From: Planctomycetota bacterium
GTDB taxonomy: Bacteria; Planctomycetota; Phycisphaerae; SM23-33
Reading direction: 5' to 3'
Length of the DNA stretch: 48,097 bases
NCBI GenBank assembly: GCA_034189755.1
Contig: JAXIHJ010000013.1
Coordinates: 1 to 48,097, forward strand
Below are positions 18,435 through 26,534 of the stretch, piece after piece. The notes beneath the pieces were generated by a model. That model did no database searches. It saw nothing but the letters and a program-made list of their open reading frames with translations, and was not told the origin of the DNA. Made by a program: the position numbers and the translations under genes. Position 1 is the first letter of the stretch. Each line of letters opens with the position of its first letter.

Positions 18435-19295
18435 GTGAAAACTGCGAAAGGACCAACCGTGACCATCATCGAGCCGCACATTCACATGTACTCCCGGACG
18501 ACCGACGACTACCAGGCGATGTACGCCGCCGGCATTCGTGCGTGCGTGGAGCCTTCGTTCTGGCTGGGCGCCAATCGCCGCTACGCCGGGACGTTCTTCG
18601 ATTACTTCCGGCTCATACTCGAATTCGAGACCGTCCGCGCGCGGCGGTTCGGCATCGACCACTACGCGGCTATCTCCATGAACCCCAAGGAGGCCGAGGA
18701 CCGCCGCCTTGTCGATGAAGTGCTGGCCGGGATGGGCGAATATCTCGACCACCAGCGGTGCGTCGCGCTCGGCGAGATCGGCTTCAATAACATCACGGAC
18801 AACGAGGAATACACCTTCGGCCGCCAGCTCGAAATCGCCAAAGACCGCAACATGCCGGTGGTCATCCACCTGCCGCACTTCAACAAGCCCGAAGGCATCG
18901 AACGCACCATGAAGGTTGTCCACCAGGTCGGCTTCGACGAGAGCAAAATATACCTCGACCACAACACCGAGCAGACGATCGCCCGGGTAGTCGAGACCGG
19001 CTGCTACGCCGGGCTTACGGTGTATCCGATTTCCAAGCTCACGCCGGAGCGGGTAAGTAAAATCGTCCGCAGGTACGGCTGCGAGCGCATAATCGTCAGC
19101 GGCTCAGCCGACTGGGGCGTATCCGACCCGCTGGCACTGGTCAAGGTCGTCGATTACATGAAAAACGACGGGCACGGCGAGGATACAATCCGGCGGCTTG
19201 TATTCGGCAACGCCACGGCGTTTTACAGCCTGTCGCCGAACTGGAAGCCCGAGTTCGACATCAAGCCGATGGACCCACATGAATTCCAGCGATAA
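18435..19295 (+). CDS. eboB: TatD-family metal-dependent hydrolase, ebo-cluster type
   Basis: 286-aa ORF with a GTG start; an alternative GTG lies at 18459. It has the amidohydrolase HxH motif IIEPHIHMY and GEIGFNN...VVIHLPH. It is the first gene of a coupled operon with UbiA-, phosphodiesterase-, DHQS- and TIM-barrel-type genes. Confidence 0.65.
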   Translation: MKTAKGPTVTIIEPHIHMYSRTTDDYQAMYAAGIRACVEPSFWLGANRRYAGTFFDYFRLILEFETVRARRFGIDHYAAISMNPKEAEDRRLVDEVLAGMGEYLDHQRCVALGEIGFNNITDNEEYTFGRQLEIAKDRNMPVVIHLPHFNKPEGIERTMKVVHQVGFDESKIYLDHNTEQTIARVVETGCYAGLTVYPISKLTPERVSKIVRRYGCERIIVSGSADWGVSDPLALVKVVDYMKNDGHGEDTIRRLVFGNATAFYSLSPNWKPEFDIKPMDPHEFQR

Positions 19296-20193
19296 TGATT
19301 ACCGCCGGCACGGCCCGGCCGCCTGGACGCAGCTTCTTCGCGTGCCGAACCTGCTGACAGTGCCGGGCGATCCGCTGGCGGGTTTCGTGCTGGGCTGCCT
19401 GGCCGTCGGAGGCGCAAGTCTCAGCCGCGCCGTCGCCCCTGCGGCTACGGGGCTGCTGCTGTATTGTGCGGGGCTGATCCAGAACGACCTGGCCGACCTG
19501 GCCGAGGACCGCCGGAATCGGCCCGGCAGGCCGCTGGCGAGCGGGCAGATTCGTCCGCTCGCGGCGGTGGCAGCGCTTCTGGCATGCGTAATCCTGGCCG
19601 CTGCCGCAGCAATTTCAGCGGGCACGGCGTCATTGCTCGTCGCGGCGGTGCTGCTGGCGGCTATCTCCGCGTACAATTTCATCACCAAGCGTATCGCCGT
19701 CATCGGCCCGCTCAACATGGGCCTCTGCCGGGGCATGAGCTTGATGCTCGGCGCATCGGCACTGGGTTGGGACGCCCTAGCCGGACCCGCTGTTTGGATA
19801 CCGGCCTGCCTTTTGGCGTTCTACGTTGCAGGCGTTACCGCTATCGCCGCCGGTGAAACGCAAAGGCGCAGCCTCCGCGTCCTGCGCTGGCTGCCCGCTG
19901 TAACAATGCTGACATGGGCATCGGTGCTGCTGGTAATCCTGGCGTTCCGGGCGCCTTCCGTGGTGTGTCTTATTCTCGCTGCCGGTTGGACTGCTTCGCG
20001 CAGCCGAAGCCTCGCCGGCAGGCCTGAACCGGAAAAGGTCCAGCGGACCGTCGGCGAACTGCTTCGCGGGCTGCTGCTCGTCCAGGCTGCAATAGTCGTT
20101 ATCGTCCCCTGGACCGGGTGGTTTCTGGGCGGGTTTTTGCTGATGTGCTGGCCTGCCAACGCCCTGCTGGCGAGGAAGTTCCACGCCAGTTGA
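19279..20193 (+). CDS. eboC: UbiA-family membrane prenyltransferase, ebo-cluster type
   Basis: ATG at 19279 gives MNSSDNDYRRHGPAAWTQLLRVPNLLTVPGDPLAG. It is polytopic and hydrophobic, with the UbiA Asp-rich motif LIQNDLADLAEDRRNRPGRPLASG. It overlaps the eboB 3' end by 17 nt. Confidence 0.7.
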   Translation: MNSSDNDYRRHGPAAWTQLLRVPNLLTVPGDPLAGFVLGCLAVGGASLSRAVAPAATGLLLYCAGLIQNDLADLAEDRRNRPGRPLASGQIRPLAAVAALLACVILAAAAAISAGTASLLVAAVLLAAISAYNFITKRIAVIGPLNMGLCRGMSLMLGASALGWDALAGPAVWIPACLLAFYVAGVTAIAAGETQRRSLRVLRWLPAVTMLTWASVLLVILAFRAPSVVCLILAAGWTASRSRSLAGRPEPEKVQRTVGELLRGLLLVQAAIVVIVPWTGWFLGGFLLMCWPANALLARKFHAS

Positions 20194-20217
20194 ACGGGAT
20201 TCCCGGAATGGGTGTAT

Positions 20218-20291
20218 GTAGGTTTTGGTGATTCGTGTCCCGCTAATCCCGTTTGCTTCCGTCCTGTGGAAACAAATCCCGCTCGCTTCCG
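20218..20291. repeat. Mosaic palindromic intergenic repeat, copy D (L-a-a-partial b-a)
   Basis: GTAGGTTTTGGTG ATTCGTG TCCCGCTAATCCCGTTTGCTTCCG TCCTGTGG AAACAAATCCCGCTCGCTTCCG, in the eboC-eboF spacer. The L motif and TCCCGTT..CTTCCG are shared with 24078-24115. The AAACAAATCCCGCTCGCT part is the reverse complement of 47182-47199. Confidence 0.8.
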
Positions 20292-20351
20292 AAATTCGTA
20301 GATTTCTGCAACTTCACTTACTCGTCAGCGTCGAATATCCTATTGGACGCG

Positions 20352-21656
20352 ATGAAGAAACTTTTAATCATCGACGTGGCTGCATTGGGATACGAACTCT
20401 TGCGCGCCGGCGGCCGGCTGGAGTTCGACGGGCTGCGCTTCGCCCCGGCCGAGGGCGTCTTTCCCGCATTGACGTGCACGGTGCAGGCATCATTCCGCAC
20501 GGCCGGGCCGCCGGCCGGGCACGGCATGGTCGCCAACGGGCGGTTCTTTCGCAAGCTCGCCAGGGTGATGTTCTGGGAGCAGTCGGCCGGGTTGGTCGGC
20601 GGCCGGAGACTCTGGCACGGCTTCCGCAGCCGGGGCGGCCGCGTTGGCATGCTGTTCTGGCAGCAGAGCCTCGGCGAAGATGCAGACGTCCTGCTGTCGC
20701 CGGCGCCCATCCACAAGCATCATGGCGGGATGATCCAGGACTGTTATTCCGCCCCGGCCGGCCTGTATCAATCGCTCTGTGAGGCCGTCGGCGGCAGGTT
20801 CAACCTGATGCGATACTGGGGGCCGCTGGCCTCTGCGAAGGTCGGCGACTGGATCGCCGCCGCCACAGCCGCCCTGCTGCTCGACGGCAAGACGGCGCCT
20901 GAGCTGTGCCTGACGTACCTGCCGACGCTGGACTACGACTTGCAGAGATTCGGCCCCGCCCACAAGCGCAGCACGGCGACCCTCGCCAGGCTGTTCGACC
21001 AGCTTAGACTCATGCTCGCAGCGGCCAAGCGAAACGGCTACCAGGTGCTTATCTTCGGCGACTATGCCATGTCGGCCTGTGCCGGCGGGCCGGTCTTTCC
21101 CAACCGTGCATTGTGCGAGTCGGGCCTGCTCCGGACGCGCAGCATCAGTGGCATGTCGTATCTCGACCTGCACGCCAGCCGGGCGTTCGCACTGGCCGAC
21201 CACGAAATCGCCCACGTCTTCGTCCGCAACGCTCAAGACATCGCCCCGGCGCGACAGGTTCTTGCGAATCTGCCCGGCGTAGCGGAAATTCTGGACAAAG
21301 ACTCGCAGAAAGCAGCCGGCCTGGACCACCCCAACAGCGGTGAGCTGGTCATCACGGCCGACGGCGGCCGCTGGCTGGCATATCCGTGGTGGTCGAAAAA
21401 CAGCCAAGCCCCCGATTACGCCCGCCACGTGGACATTCATAACAAGCCGGGCTATGATCCGTGCGAGTTGTTTTTCGAGCGATTCGGCTGGCCTCCCATG
21501 TGCGTCAGCTCGGACGCCTCGCGCGTGCGAGGCAGTCATGGAACGGCAGGCCCCGGCAGGCAAGTCGCATGGGCGGCGACGTTTGACCTGGGTCAGCCGA
21601 CCGGCTCGCTTATCGAACTGGCCGAGGCGGTGCGAACCTGGCTGGACGCCCCATGA
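20352..21656 (+). CDS. eboF: Alkaline-phosphatase superfamily / nucleotide pyrophosphatase-phosphodiesterase, ebo-cluster type
   Basis: ATG at 20352 gives MKKLLIIDVAALGYELL...FPALTCTVQASFRTAGPPAGHGMV, typical of the type I phosphodiesterase/NPP N-terminus (metal-ligand Asp, nucleophile Thr region). Its stop overlaps the next start (ATGA, 21653-21656). Confidence 0.65.
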   Translation: MKKLLIIDVAALGYELLRAGGRLEFDGLRFAPAEGVFPALTCTVQASFRTAGPPAGHGMVANGRFFRKLARVMFWEQSAGLVGGRRLWHGFRSRGGRVGMLFWQQSLGEDADVLLSPAPIHKHHGGMIQDCYSAPAGLYQSLCEAVGGRFNLMRYWGPLASAKVGDWIAAATAALLLDGKTAPELCLTYLPTLDYDLQRFGPAHKRSTATLARLFDQLRLMLAAAKRNGYQVLIFGDYAMSACAGGPVFPNRALCESGLLRTRSISGMSYLDLHASRAFALADHEIAHVFVRNAQDIAPARQVLANLPGVAEILDKDSQKAAGLDHPNSGELVITADGGRWLAYPWWSKNSQAPDYARHVDIHNKPGYDPCELFFERFGWPPMCVSSDASRVRGSHGTAGPGRQVAWAATFDLGQPTGSLIELAEAVRTWLDAP

Positions 21657-22879
21657 CCGAAAATTCCCAAAACACGCCGACCGGCGAGAATGCAAATCTC
21701 CCGTTCGAGACATGCCGGCAGCGCTTCAGCGTGGAGTTCGACTACCCGGTCATCTTCACTCGCAACGTATTCGACGCCGGGAATCCGCTGCTGGCCGAGA
21801 CGCTGGGCCGACTCGAGCAGGACAGACGTCATCGGGTGGCGGTGTACATCGATCGCGGCGTAGCCGAGGCGCACAAGGACCTTATCGGGAACATCAAGGA
21901 ATACTTCCATGCCCGCCCGGAGCGGCTCGAACTGGCTGCGACGCCGGAAATCGTCCCCGGCGGCGAGCAGGCCAAGAACGATTGGCAGGCGGTCCGCGAG
22001 ATTATGTGGGCCATCGGCAACCTGCACATGGACCGCCAGAGCTTCGTTATCGCCGTCGGCGGCGGCAGCATGTTGGACATGGCCGGATTCGCGGTTTCAA
22101 TCGTCCATCGAGGTCTGAGGCTGCTTCGCATGCCGACCACGACGCTGGCACAGTCCGACGCCGGCATCGGCGTAAAAAACGGCATGGACGAGCACGGCAT
22201 GAAGAACTTCGTCGGCACGTTCGCGCCGCCGTTTGCGGTGATTAACGACTTTTCGTTCCTCGCGACGCTGCCGGAGCCGCACTGGCTGGGCGGGCCGGCC
22301 GAGGCGTTCAAGGTAGCCGTTATCAAGGACGCGGCGTTCTTCGATTTTCTGTGCGATAAGGCCGGCGACCTGCGGCGGCGCGACGCGGCGACTATGGAGC
22401 AGGCTATCCACCGCTGCGCGATGCTGCACCTGGCGCACACGCGAACCGGCGGCGATCCGTTTGAGTTCGGCTCGGCCAGGCCGCTGGACTTCGGGCACTG
22501 GGCGGCGCACAAGCTGGAGACACTCTCGGCCTACCGCATCGCACACGGGCAGGCCGTCGCCATCGGCATCGCCGTCGATTCATGCTACGCAATGCGCCAG
22601 GGACTGCTGAAAAAGGACCAGCTCGACCGCATACTCGCCGGCCTGACGAATTGCGGGCTGCCGATTTTTTCGGAGCTGCTCGAACAGCGAGAATCCGACG
22701 GCGTGCTGACCGTTCTCGACGGCTTGCAGCAGTTCCGCGAGCATCTCGGCGGCAGCCTGACCATCACGCTGCCGGACGGCATCGGAAACAAGGGCGAGGT
22801 TCACCAGATGAACGTACAGACAATCGAAGAGGTAATCCGATTTCTGAAAAACACTGCCGGCAACAGCCAGCAATCATGA
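21653..22879 (+). CDS. eboD: 3-dehydroquinate-synthase-like sugar phosphate cyclase, ebo-cluster type
   Basis: 408-aa ORF with DHQS-fold motifs: PGGEQAKN, VIAVGGGSMLDMAGFAVS, RMPTTTLAQSDAGIGVKNG and HGQAVAIG. ATGA overlaps occur on both sides. Confidence 0.7.
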   Translation: MTENSQNTPTGENANLPFETCRQRFSVEFDYPVIFTRNVFDAGNPLLAETLGRLEQDRRHRVAVYIDRGVAEAHKDLIGNIKEYFHARPERLELAATPEIVPGGEQAKNDWQAVREIMWAIGNLHMDRQSFVIAVGGGSMLDMAGFAVSIVHRGLRLLRMPTTTLAQSDAGIGVKNGMDEHGMKNFVGTFAPPFAVINDFSFLATLPEPHWLGGPAEAFKVAVIKDAAFFDFLCDKAGDLRRRDAATMEQAIHRCAMLHLAHTRTGGDPFEFGSARPLDFGHWAAHKLETLSAYRIAHGQAVAIGIAVDSCYAMRQGLLKKDQLDRILAGLTNCGLPIFSELLEQRESDGVLTVLDGLQQFREHLGGSLTITLPDGIGNKGEVHQMNVQTIEEVIRFLKNTAGNSQQS

Positions 22880-24081
22880 AAGTTCAACAGACCCCCGCCG
22901 TTGACCTGACGTACTGCCTGAACGCCCATCCCGGCGAAAGCTGGGCGGAGAACTTCGCGGCGATTCGCAACGAGGCCTTGCGGGTCCGCGATGCCGTCGC
23001 GCCCGAAAGGCCTTTCGCCCTGGGGCTGCGGCTAAGCCGCCAGGCCGCCGACGAACTGAGCGAACCGGTAGCTCTTTCCGCCTTTCGGGAGTTCCTGGAA
23101 GCGGAAAACCTGTACGTCTTCACGATCAACGGCTTTGCCTACGGCGTGTTCCACGGCACCGCCGTCAAGGACAACGTCTACCGCCCGGACTGGCGCACGG
23201 CCGAGCGGCTGGACTACACCATCGCACTGGCGGACATATTGGCGGCGCTGCTGCCTGAAGGCGCAGCGGGCAGCATCTCCACCGTGCCAGGCTCGTACAA
23301 ATCGTGGATTCACTGCGAGCAGGACGTACGGGACATGACCGATATGCTCGCCGACGCGGCGCTGCATCTGTCGATGACCAAAAGGCAAACGGGCAGACAC
23401 ATCTGCCTGGCGCTGGAGCCGGAGGCCGACTGCTATCTCGAAACAGCCGGCGAAACTGTAGCGTTCTTCGCCGGGCCGCTACGGAAACTCGGCACAAGGT
23501 ACCTGCGAAGCCGACATGGATTATCAAAGACCGAGTGCCGGAAGGTGCTAAGCGGCCACCTGGGCGTGTGCCTGGACACGGCCCACGCGGCGGTGCAGTT
23601 CGAGGGCCCAGCCGAGACGCTGGCAAGGCTCCGGGCGGCACGAATCGCCGTGCCAAAGGTGCAGCTCAGTGCGGCAATCCACCTGCGCACAAGCCCGGAA
23701 ACGCTCCAACGCCTGCGCGACTTTTGCGACGCGGTTTACCTTCACCAGGTCAAGGCCCGCACAGCCGACGGAAAAATAATCTCCTACCGCGACCTTCCCG
23801 ATGCCCTGGCCGCCGCCGAGCAGACCAAGCCGGACCAGCAATGGCGAGTACACTTTCACGTGCCGCTGTTCTTCGACGGGCATGAAGGGCTGCATTCCAC
23901 GGCTGACGAGCTGTGCGGCGAGTTCGCCGAGCAACTTGCCGGCGGCGCCGTCGGGCATCTCGAGATCGAGACCTACACCTTCAACGTCCTGCCGGAGTTC
24001 ATGCAGCCGGCCGACGTCGCCGACGGAATCGTGCGGGAATACGAGTGGGTGCTGCGGAAGCTCTTTGCCGGGTGTGCGTAG
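22876..24081 (+). CDS. eboE: Xylose-isomerase-like TIM-barrel protein, ebo-cluster type
   Basis: ATG at 22876 overlaps the eboD stop and gives MKVQQTPAVDLTYCLNAHPGESW...LYVFTINGFAYGVFHG...CLALEPEADCYLE...HFHVPLF, about 401 aa. The ORF-track start at 22582 lies inside eboD and is rejected. Confidence 0.65.
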   Translation: MKVQQTPAVDLTYCLNAHPGESWAENFAAIRNEALRVRDAVAPERPFALGLRLSRQAADELSEPVALSAFREFLEAENLYVFTINGFAYGVFHGTAVKDNVYRPDWRTAERLDYTIALADILAALLPEGAAGSISTVPGSYKSWIHCEQDVRDMTDMLADAALHLSMTKRQTGRHICLALEPEADCYLETAGETVAFFAGPLRKLGTRYLRSRHGLSKTECRKVLSGHLGVCLDTAHAAVQFEGPAETLARLRAARIAVPKVQLSAAIHLRTSPETLQRLRDFCDAVYLHQVKARTADGKIISYRDLPDALAAAEQTKPDQQWRVHFHVPLFFDGHEGLHSTADELCGEFAEQLAGGAVGHLEIETYTFNVLPEFMQPADVADGIVREYEWVLRKLFAGCA

Positions 24082-24126
24082 GTTTTGGTGAAAATATAAA
24101 TCCCGTTCACTTCCGCTCGCGGCTAG
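24078..24126. repeat. Mosaic palindromic intergenic repeat, copy E (L-a-c)
   Basis: GTAGGTTTTGGTG AAAATATAAA TCCCGTTCACTTCCG CTCGCGGCTAG. The TAG of the L motif (24079-24081) is the eboE stop codon. The preceding GGGTGTGC resembles GGGTGTAT before copy D. Confidence 0.8.
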
Positions 24127-24157
24127 CCTTATCACAACATCGCAGGATATTTGCAGC

Positions 24158-24195
24158 ACAACGCCGAAAGGCAAAAACTTGCCCTTCGGCGTTGT
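24158..24195. terminator. Long hairpin between convergent eboE and groEL (probable bidirectional terminator)
   Basis: ACAACGCCGAAAGGCAA (24158-24174), loop AAAC, TTGCCCTTCGGCGTTGT (24179-24195). That is a 17-bp stem with one mismatch, followed by TTGTT on the plus strand. Confidence 0.55.
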
Positions 24196-24235
24196 TTGTT
24201 CCTACTGCCTATTACCTACGCCCTATCCCCTGCCG

Positions 24236-25864
24236 TTAATACATCCCTTCCATGCCGGCGCCGGGTGCGGCGGGCGCCTTCTTTTCCGGAATCTCGGAGA
24301 CGACCGCGTCGGTCGTCAGCAGCAGGCCGGCTACGGACGCGGCGTTCTGAAGCGCGATGCGCTCAACCTTCGTCGGCACAATCACGCCGGCGGCAACCAG
24401 GTTGCAGTACTTCGCCTGCATAGCGTCATAGCCGAAGTTGGCCTCTTTGCTCTCGGCGACCTTCGCGGCGACGATGCTGCCGTCTAAGCCTGAGTTTTCC
24501 GCGATCTGCCGAATCGGGCTGACCAAGGCCCGGCGGACGATATCCACGCCCGTCTTCTCGTCGTCGTTGTCGCAGGCGACCTTGTCCAGCGTCTTGATTG
24601 CCTGGATCACGGCTACGCCGCCGCCGGGCAGGATGCCTTCTTCGACGGCGGCCCGGCAGGCGTGCAGTGCGTCCTCGACGCGGGCCTTCTTCTCTTTCAT
24701 CTCCACCTCGGTCGCAGCGCCGACGTTGATCTGCGCCACGCCGCCGGCCAGTTTCGCCAGGCGCTCTTCCAGCTTCTCGCGGTCGTAGTCGGAGGTGGTC
24801 GCCTCGACCTCGTGCTTAATCTGATCGATGCGCCCTTTGATGTCCGCCGTCTTGCCGGCGCCTTCGATAATCGTGGTGTTGTCCTTGTCGATGCGGACCT
24901 GCTTGGCCGAACCGAGGTCGGACATCTGGATGCTCTCCAGCGAGATGCCCATGTCTTCCATGATCGCCTTGCCGCCGGTGAGCACCGCGATGTCACGGAG
25001 CATCTCCTTGCGGCGGTCGCCGAAGCCCGGAGCCTTGACGGCTACGCACTGAAGCGTGCCGCGAAGCTTGTTGACCACCAGTGTCGCCAGGGCTTCACCC
25101 TCGATGTCCTCGGCGATAATCAACAGAGGCCTGCCCGACTGGGCGATTTTCTCCAAAAGACCGACCAGGTCCTTGATGGCTGAAATCTTCTTCTCGTGAA
25201 TCAGGATGAAGGGCTTTTCCATGTCGGCTTCCATCGCCTCGACGTTGTTGACGAAGTGCGGGGAGATGTAGCCCTTGTCGAACTGCATGCCCTCGACCAG
25301 GTCAACGGAGGTCTCCAGGCCCTTGCCCTCTTCGACGGTGATGACGCCGTCCTTGCCGACCTTGTCCATAGCCTCGGCGATCATCTGTCCCACCTCGGCG
25401 TCCTGGTTGGCGGCGCAGGTTCCTACCTGTGCGATTTCCTTGGAACTTTTAATCGGCTTGGAAAACTTCTCCAGGCCCGCGACGACCGAATCGACGGCCT
25501 TGTCGATGCCTCGCTTCAGTTGCATCGCCTTGGCGCCGGCGGCGACGTTCTTGAGGCCCTCGTCGAAAATAGCTTCGGCATATATCGTAGCCGTGGTTGT
25601 GCCGTCTCCGGCTACATTGGAGGTCTTGGAGGCCACCTCCTTGACCATCTGGGCGCCCATATTTTCGTTGGCGTCCTCAAGCTCGATTTCCTTGGCGACC
25701 GTAACGCCGTCCTTCGTGACGGTCGGCGCGCCGAATGATTTTTCGAGCACCACCACCCGCCCGGTAGGCCCGAGGGTTACCTTGACCGCCCTGGCTAACT
25801 GCTTGATGCCGCGGCGAATGCCCTCGCGGGCTTCCGTGTCGAATACAATCTTCTTCTTAGCCAT
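24236..25864 (-). CDS. groEL: Chaperonin GroEL (Cpn60)
   Basis: 542-aa [65 protein letters not shown]...GDGTTTAT, ending in a Gly/Met-rich tail GAGMEGMY. Confidence 0.98.
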   Translation of the reverse strand: MAKKKIVFDTEAREGIRRGIKQLARAVKVTLGPTGRVVVLEKSFGAPTVTKDGVTVAKEIELEDANENMGAQMVKEVASKTSNVAGDGTTTATIYAEAIFDEGLKNVAAGAKAMQLKRGIDKAVDSVVAGLEKFSKPIKSSKEIAQVGTCAANQDAEVGQMIAEAMDKVGKDGVITVEEGKGLETSVDLVEGMQFDKGYISPHFVNNVEAMEADMEKPFILIHEKKISAIKDLVGLLEKIAQSGRPLLIIAEDIEGEALATLVVNKLRGTLQCVAVKAPGFGDRRKEMLRDIAVLTGGKAIMEDMGISLESIQMSDLGSAKQVRIDKDNTTIIEGAGKTADIKGRIDQIKHEVEATTSDYDREKLEERLAKLAGGVAQINVGAATEVEMKEKKARVEDALHACRAAVEEGILPGGGVAVIQAIKTLDKVACDNDDEKTGVDIVRRALVSPIRQIAENSGLDGSIVAAKVAESKEANFGYDAMQAKYCNLVAAGVIVPTKVERIALQNAASVAGLLLTTDAVVSEIPEKKAPAAPGAGMEGMY

Positions 25865-25988
25865 GTTTCTACTCCTGTTTCAGTCAGTGTGCTTGTTCTT
25901 TGAGCCGCGAACTGCGCAAACCAAATTGCTTATTCCTTTTCTTTGCAATTCTTCTCGTTCGCGGCGTTCGCGGCAGAATCCTATGAGT

Positions 25989-26309
25989 TCAGTCCAGTAT
26001 CGCCAGGATGTCCGACTCGTCCATAAGCAGATACTCTTCGCCGTCGACCTTGATCTCGGTGCCGCCGTAGCTGGCGAACAGGACCTTGTCGCCTGCGGCC
26101 ACCTGGAACTTGGCCCGGCTGCCGTCGTCGAGCTGCTTGCCGTCGCCGACTGCCAGGACGGTGCCCTTGGCGGGCTTTTCCTTGGCGGTGTCGGGCAGAA
26201 CGATGCCGCCGGCGGTCCTTTCCTCGGCATCAAGACGCTTGATGAGCACCTTCTCGCCAAGGGGACGGATCTTCGGCTTCTTTGTCTTCTTCGATGCGGC
26301 TTTGGCCAT
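25989..26309 (-). CDS. groES: Co-chaperonin GroES (Cpn10)
   Basis: 106-aa ORF ...IRPLGEKVLIKRLDAEERTAGGIVLPDTAKEKPAKGTVLAVGDG, directly upstream of groEL. AAGGAG RBS lies upstream. Confidence 0.95.
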   Translation of the reverse strand: MAKAASKKTKKPKIRPLGEKVLIKRLDAEERTAGGIVLPDTAKEKPAKGTVLAVGDGKQLDDGSRAKFQVAAGDKVLFASYGGTEIKVDGEEYLLMDESDILAILD

Positions 26310-26337
26310 CTTTTGCTCCTTTACGTTTCCTTACTCG

Positions 26338-26366
26338 GATTTATCTAAGCAGCTTTCAATTTTCAA
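26338..26366 (-). promoter_or_regulatory. Candidate sigma70-like promoter of groES-groEL
   Basis: Reverse strand reads TTGAAA (26366-26361), a 17-nt spacer, then TAAATC (26343-26338), about 29 nt upstream of the groES ATG. No CIRCE inverted repeat was seen. Confidence 0.35.
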
Positions 26367-26425
26367 TAATGTCTGCACAGTCTGCCGCAACGCAGCGGCC
26401 TGCGGCGAGTGAAAGAAATTAGCGA

Positions 26426-26466
26426 GATTACACGCCTGCCTACCTGCCGGAGGCAGGTGTGTAATC
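26426..26466. repeat. Conserved GC hairpin element, copy 1 (CACGCCTGCCTACCTGCCG..AGGCAGG.GTG family)
   Basis: GATTACACGCCTGCC (26426-26440), 11-nt loop TACCTGCCGGA, GGCAGGTGTGTAATC (26452-26466). This is a 15-bp stem with one G-T pair. The core is shared with 34525-34566. It lies downstream of the receiver-like gene and upstream of groES. Confidence 0.7.
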
Positions 26467-26534
26467 CTGCTCCCTCGCATCATTCACTCATCGGTCTTCA
26501 TCTTTGCCAAGCACTGTTCAACCTTTAAGTAGCG

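Noticed and set aside
20490-21713. 407-aa ORF antisense to eboF. Similar long antisense or shadow ORFs occur at 4183-5181, 8023-8928, 12319-13365, 33256-34494, 34559-35554, 35875-37356, 40716-42372 region and 43038-44324.
   Set aside because: All lie opposite genes with unmistakable family signatures (EF-Tu, RarA, LptD-like, ApgM, PFK, AccC and others). Their translations are Arg/Ala/Gly/Pro-rich with no recognisable motifs. Long stop-free antisense frames are expected in GC-rich DNA.
26310-26425. CIRCE (TTAGCACTC-N9-GAGTGCTAA) heat-shock operator upstream of groES.
   Set aside because: No match to either half-site was seen on either strand. Only a sigma70-like TTGAAA-N17-TAAATC is present.
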